Below, piece after piece: positions 9,632-13,423 of a stretch of 13,423 nucleotides of DNA (its first letter is position 1; each line of letters starts with the position of its first letter). The notes beneath the pieces were generated by a model. The model did no database searches and had not been told where the DNA came from. It saw only the letters and a list, made by a program, of their open reading frames with translations. Location of the stretch: NCBI GenBank assembly GCA_039794845.1, contig JAUQVK010000105.1, positions 1 to 13,423 of the forward strand, read 5' to 3'. The stretch comes from Thermostichus sp. DRC_bins_24 (lineage in GTDB: Bacteria > Cyanobacteriota > Cyanobacteriia > Thermostichales > Thermostichaceae). A program made the translations under genes and the position numbers.

Positions 9632-10156
9632 ATGCTCGACTCTTTGCTCGACAACATCTACGGCGCTTGGTTCATGCCAGAGCGTACCTTTCGGGCTTTG
9701 CGGGAGCAGCCAACCCTCTGGCAAGCCTTTGTGGTGGTGGGGGTGCTCAACGTCCTTGAAGCCATTCGCCGCTCCGGGGCAAGTCTGCCGGGTATGGTGC
9801 TGGCGGTATTGATGGGATCCCTGGGCTGGGTGACCTTAGCGGCTTTGTTGCAGTTGTTGGCTTTCTGCTTTGGGCGAGCCGCCCCTTCTTTTGCAACGCT
9901 GCTCTGCCTGACGGGGTTTGCGGGGCTGCCGTGGCTGCTGCTGGGGCCGGCTCAATCGTTGGGGGGTGTGGCGGGATCCCTGTTGGGGTTGGCAGCCTTG
10001 CTGTGGTTTGTGGTTTGGCAGGTGCGGGCGGCGGCAGTAGCCCTGGATTTAGAATGGTGGCGTTTGGCTGGCCTGATTCCGCTCACCTTTCTGGGCGGGA
10101 TCCTGGCCTTGAGCTGGTTAACCAGTAGTATCGTGGCGCTGGCCTCTTTGGGATGA
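9632..10156 (+). CDS. Yip1-domain membrane protein
   Basis: N-terminal IYGAWFMPERTFRAL, about 5 transmembrane helices and a GFAGLPWLL motif, typical of cyanobacterial Yip1 proteins. Confidence 0.8.
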   Translation: MLDSLLDNIYGAWFMPERTFRALREQPTLWQAFVVVGVLNVLEAIRRSGASLPGMVLAVLMGSLGWVTLAALLQLLAFCFGRAAPSFATLLCLTGFAGLPWLLLGPAQSLGGVAGSLLGLAALLWFVVWQVRAAAVALDLEWWRLAGLIPLTFLGGILALSWLTSSIVALASLG

Positions 10157-10201
10157 GGTGAGGGGTGAGCGCTGTTCTCTGTTCATTGAGTTGAACTTAG
10201 C

Positions 10202-10429
10202 TTAACTGGGTACTCGCTGAAGGTGGGGTTGTTCTTCGGGCAAAATAGCACCCTCCACGGGGCAGACCTGTAGGCAGATGCCGCAGTCGATGCAGGTGGA
10301 AAACTCAATCCAAAAGTAGTCGGTGCCCTTGGCGTTTTTGCTGTCGCCAGGATGAATACAGGCCACCGGGCAAGCTTCTACACAATCAGCAATGCCCTCA
10401 CAGATATCGGTGACAATCGTATGCGGCAT
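10202..10429 (-). CDS. Bacterial-type dicluster ferredoxin (Fed8 / Ssr3184-like)
   Basis: MPHTIVTDICEGIADCVEACPVACIH...CIDCGICLQVCP, 75 aa. GGGAGAGAG just before the ATG. Confidence 0.92.
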   Translation of the reverse strand: MPHTIVTDICEGIADCVEACPVACIHPGDSKNAKGTDYFWIEFSTCIDCGICLQVCPVEGAILPEEQPHLQRVPS

Positions 10430-10585
10430 GGCTCTCTCCCTCAGTAATCCTAAACTCGGCCGGCACAACGTCCGCTTGCCCATCACCTGCGCCTTGCAGA
10501 TGGCTTCGTCATTTTAGGCCAAAATTTGTCCCCCGATGAGCGGCTTCCCAGATTCGGCAGATTTCAAAACCCTTTGAGCGTTGTA

Positions 10586-11634
10586 TGAACCACCCCGCGC
10601 TACTTCGTTGAGTGCGGAGTTTCTGTCGTCTCTTCATCCCAACTTGCTTCATGCTTGCGCAGGAAGTAGAGGTTGGCGACTCCACGACTGCTGGGACAAG
10701 TTCCTGCACCAGTGCCCAGGCAAAGTTAACCTGAGCCGCATTTACAGCCTTTTCCGACTTCATGTAGACCTAAAGCTTGGCTAAACCTCTTTCGGGCAAG
10801 AGATTGAACTGCACGTGCTCTGCCTACAGCACCCTTTTGCCCCGCAATGGCGGGAACCGCACGACCCGGAGGGACACCAGCTGTAGTAGATAACGCTGGA
10901 AAAGGCTGTACGTCGCGGTTTTCACGATGACCACAAGCAGGATTTGAGCAAACATGAATCCGGTCTACCAAAGTTTTGGGCGTCAACTCCCAGCACTGGG
11001 CACATCGTTGAGAGGGCTTTAGTTGTTGGGTGGGCGACTCCAAATAGAACCCGCCTACCTCAGCAGACCTATAGGACAAGAATTGTCCAATCAGCCCAAA
11101 CCCCACTTCCAGGATGGAGCGGTTTAGCCCGGACTTTTGACATTTGCGCTTCCCTGTTTTTGCCCTAGCTGTCATCGCCTTGACATGGAGCTTTTCCCCG
11201 GCAATCAGGCTGTTACGGCGAACTGTATCACTGGTCAGTTTATATAGCCAGTCTCCCTCTGACGAGCAACTTTACGCTGCAACTTTGAGACTTGCTTCCT
11301 TGCTTTTTTCCACCTCCGAGATGTTTAACCTTTTTGTTGCAGTTCGGGGCACGTTTGTAATGAAGTTGCTCAGATGCCGATTTCACCCAGTGCATGACCA
11401 CCGAGTTCCTGATACTCGACCCACACCCTCTTGAACTCAGGCAAGCTATTTTGCCGCTCAAGGTAATCGACGGAATGCCTAAACTTTTGATACTGGGTTT
11501 TACGGTTTGCCAATGCAGCGTTGTACAACGTGCAGTGCATCCTTCGTGCCCAGCGCAGCTTCGTTTCCTTTGTCTTATTTAGCTTATTTAGATTTATTTA
11601 GATAGAGTCGATAGATCGCTTGGCATGTTAGCAT
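10586..11634 (-). pseudogene. tnpB: RNA-guided endonuclease TnpB, inactivated
   Basis: ATG 11634: MLTCQAIYRLYLNK..RMHCTLYNAALANRKTQY..LPEFK (N-terminal HTH). A large deletion near 11387 removes RuvC-I. Then RRWKKARKQVSKLQRKVARQR.DWLYKL, IAGEKLHVKAM (RuvC-II Glu), GLNRSIL, SQRCAQC..CSNPACG (Zn finger) and RD[MITE]VNAA (RuvC-III). Several frameshifts. Confidence 0.92.
10743..10910. mobile_element. MITE B (168 bp including both TAs) inserted in the TnpB RuvC-III motif
   Basis: Perfect 13-bp inverted termini TACAGCCTTTTCC / GGAAAAGGCTGTA. Removing it with one TA gives cgc gac gta aat gcg gct = R-D-V-N-A-A. Confidence 0.9.
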
Positions 11635-11649
11635 AATCGAATCTTACTA

Positions 11650-11832
11650 TACAGCCCTTTACGCCATGGGCACGCTGGCGCGTTCGCCCATGGCGGCCCA
11701 TAGGGCACCGCCGGTCATGTATAACAACTGTAGGAGTTAGGATCCGCTCTCTAGAAGGCTAGTGCTCCGCACCTTGCGGGGTGAGAACGGGAATCACAAT
11801 CCCTGCTGTAGAAAACCCGCGCAAGGGCTGTA
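11650..11832. mobile_element. MITE A, copy 2 (183 bp), inverted relative to copy 1
   Basis: Same 10-bp termini. The reverse complement aligns to 842-997 with about 10 substitutions and a 27-bp indel. Perfect internal hairpin CGCCATGGGC...GCCCATGGCG. Confidence 0.9.
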
Positions 11833-12163
11833 AGAGGTTAGTTGGCAGTCTTCAGGGTATTGTGCCCTTCAGCCTGTCCGCTATCCTGCCCCGCCTTGCT
11901 TCGCGGGATAGCCGCGTATTGTTCTTCTAGCATTTTCATCGAAAATGACCGAGATTGTGTGGCCTGAGAGCAATCCTTTTCCCTAAATCTGGAAGTAGAG
12001 TGCAAGGTAATCCAAAATGCTCTAGAAGACTATGTGCAAGGCTACACCCAAGGGATCCTTATAACAAAAGCCAACAAGCCGGGATTCATAGCAAGGCTGA
12101 AATGCTTGGGGGGGTATGGGGTAGGATTTCGCTTTTCTCGATAAATATCTGACTTCATCGACT

Positions 12164-13423
12164 TCATCGCGATGTTCTGGCAAACAGATACACCTCATCC
12201 TGCTGATACAAAAGCTGAAAATGATCTGCCTGTTGGAGGTTGAGCACCAAAGCATCAGAAAACGCTCGGCTACTTCGCCAACCCGGATGACGGCTATTCA
12301 GCAAAACATAATCAAAGGGATCCCATTGTGGGGAACCCACCTCCAGTGAAGTTTTATTCTCATCTGTGAAGTCGATGATCGCCCGGTGGGTCAGGTGTGG
12401 GCTAATTTCATGGGTAGTGAGCACCCCCCCCTTAGAACCCACCAGGGATAGAGCCTGTCGAGTGGCTTGCCAAGTGTCTAGGGAAGTTAAATAAATGGAA
12501 CCAAAGAAACCATATTTGGCCAGAGCCAAAAAAGCCAGCAATGACCAGATCAGCCCAACCTTGGACAGAGGGATCCAAGCTCGATTCACCCTAAAGCTTT
12601 CAATAACCGTCAAGACCAAAAAAGGGATGATGGGCAAGGCGTAGTGATGCACCAGATCTCGATAGGCGGGGTTGCTCGATAAGATATTGAGAGCCAATGT
12701 GGGCAATGCGGGAAACAAGGGATCCCAATGCCGCCAAGATAGCCCCCAAGCCAAAGGTACAATCAATAAGAACCCATAAAACAGAGTATCGAGGGAGAAA
12801 ACTTGGCCCAAGATCAACATCGGCCTCAAAACTAAATTTTGGGCAATCTCAATGACAGATTCGCCCAGATGGCGATAATGAGAGACTGCCGCTGGTTCAC
12901 CGCCGCTAAACTGAGGAATAATCCAGAAAGTAGCCACCACAAACCATAGGGATCCCACTGCAACAGCAATCCAACCGGCCACCTGGCACCGTTGCTGAAA
13001 ACCTTCTTGTAATCGGCTGCGTTCCCAAATCAGCAACCACCCCCCAAATGCAACCACAGTGAGAGCTAACACGGCTTTGCAACCGAGGATCCCGATCAAA
13101 CACAGGCAGAATACCCCCATCCAACCCGCTCGTATGAAAAACACTGCTGCCAAGAACAGAGGAACGGCCAAAACTTCGGGATGAAAGTCAAATAAATTAG
13201 CATTAAAAATGGCAGGATAAACCAAATAAGCACCTGCAATGAGTAGGGCATTACCGCGCCGAAGACCTGCTTGTAGAGCTAGATAACAGACAGGCAAAGA
13301 TCCCAGAGATAAGGCCAAAGATTGCAGCCCAAAAAGCCAATAAACAGACGGAACGATGCGATAGAGCAAGGCAATGGGGTAAAGAATGAATGCAGCATGA
13401 TCCCCAAGAATATGAATCCCTCG
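12164..13423 (-). CDS. DUF2079-family integral membrane protein (putative GT-C fold glycosyltransferase), 5' end outside window
   Basis: The frame stays open to the window edge (RGIHILGDHAAFILYPIALLY...). NLFDFHPE, LGCK and HHYALPIIPF motifs, many transmembrane helices. Confidence 0.85.
   Translation of the reverse strand, partial: RGIHILGDHAAFILYPIALLYRIVPSVYWLFGLQSLALSLGSLPVCYLALQAGLRRGNALLIAGAYLVYPAIFNANLFDFHPEVLAVPLFLAAVFFIRAGWMGVFCLCLIGILGCKAVLALTVVAFGGWLLIWERSRLQEGFQQRCQVAGWIAVAVGSLWFVVATFWIIPQFSGGEPAAVSHYRHLGESVIEIAQNLVLRPMLILGQVFSLDTLFYGFLLIVPLAWGLSWRHWDPLFPALPTLALNILSSNPAYRDLVHHYALPIIPFLVLTVIESFRVNRAWIPLSKVGLIWSLLAFLALAKYGFFGSIYLTSLDTWQATRQALSLVGSKGGVLTTHEISPHLTHRAIIDFTDENKTSLEVGSPQWDPFDYVLLNSRHPGWRSSRAFSDALVLNLQQADHFQLLYQQDEVYLFARTSR

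Larger units (their letters stand above)
10586..11917 (-). mobile_element. Decayed tnpB-only IS200/IS605 (IS1341-like) element carrying two MITE insertions; left boundary approximate
   Basis: Right-end hairpin CTCCGCACT...AGCGCGGGG followed by TGGTTCA (ends 10586). Candidate left-end hairpin GCTATCC...GGATAGC (11880-11912). tnpB relic between them, no tnpA. Confidence 0.72.
2635..12956. repeat. Dispersed HIP-type octamer palindrome GGGATCCC (at least 16 copies)
   Basis: Copies start at 2635, 3134, 3559, 3715, 3744, 4681, 5285, 5638, 6774, 7000, 7111, 9814, 9973, 12317, 12719 and 12949. Fewer than one is expected by chance. Many further GGATCC near-matches. Confidence 0.85.

Noticed and set aside
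10726..11175. 149-aa ORF as a functional mini-TnpB or TldR-like regulator
   Set aside because: It is a fragment of a multiply frameshifted pseudogene whose C-terminus is MITE read-through, and it lacks the N-terminal domains.
1..13423. CRISPR array, tRNA or rRNA genes
   Set aside because: No regularly spaced direct repeats and no cloverleaf or rRNA-like sequence were seen.

Overview
This window looks like the chromosome of a thermophilic cyanobacterium of the Thermostichus / Yellowstone Synechococcus type. That is inferred from gene content and at least 16 copies of the HIP-type palindrome GGGATCCC. The central ~9 kb is housekeeping: a TPR protein, ilvN, a lipoprotein, gshA, a GT2 glycosyltransferase, an inositol monophosphatase, a membrane Ser/Thr kinase with TPRs, a 6S RNA gene on the minus strand that the ORF track cannot show, a Yip1 protein and a Fed8-like ferredoxin. 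A decayed insertion sequence lies on each side: an IS110 recombinase relic on the left and a tnpB-only IS200/IS605 relic on the right. A partial DUF2079 gene runs off the right edge. The most notable signal is a set of small non-coding elements bounded by TACAGC...GCTGTA inverted repeats with TA duplications (MITE-like). Three are well supported and all sit in the other IS relics: the IS110 C-terminus, the TnpB RuvC-III motif and the putative tnpB -10 box. Removing the two inside coding sequence restores the reading frames. Two copies of one MITE family face each other in inverted orientation around ~10.65 kb.
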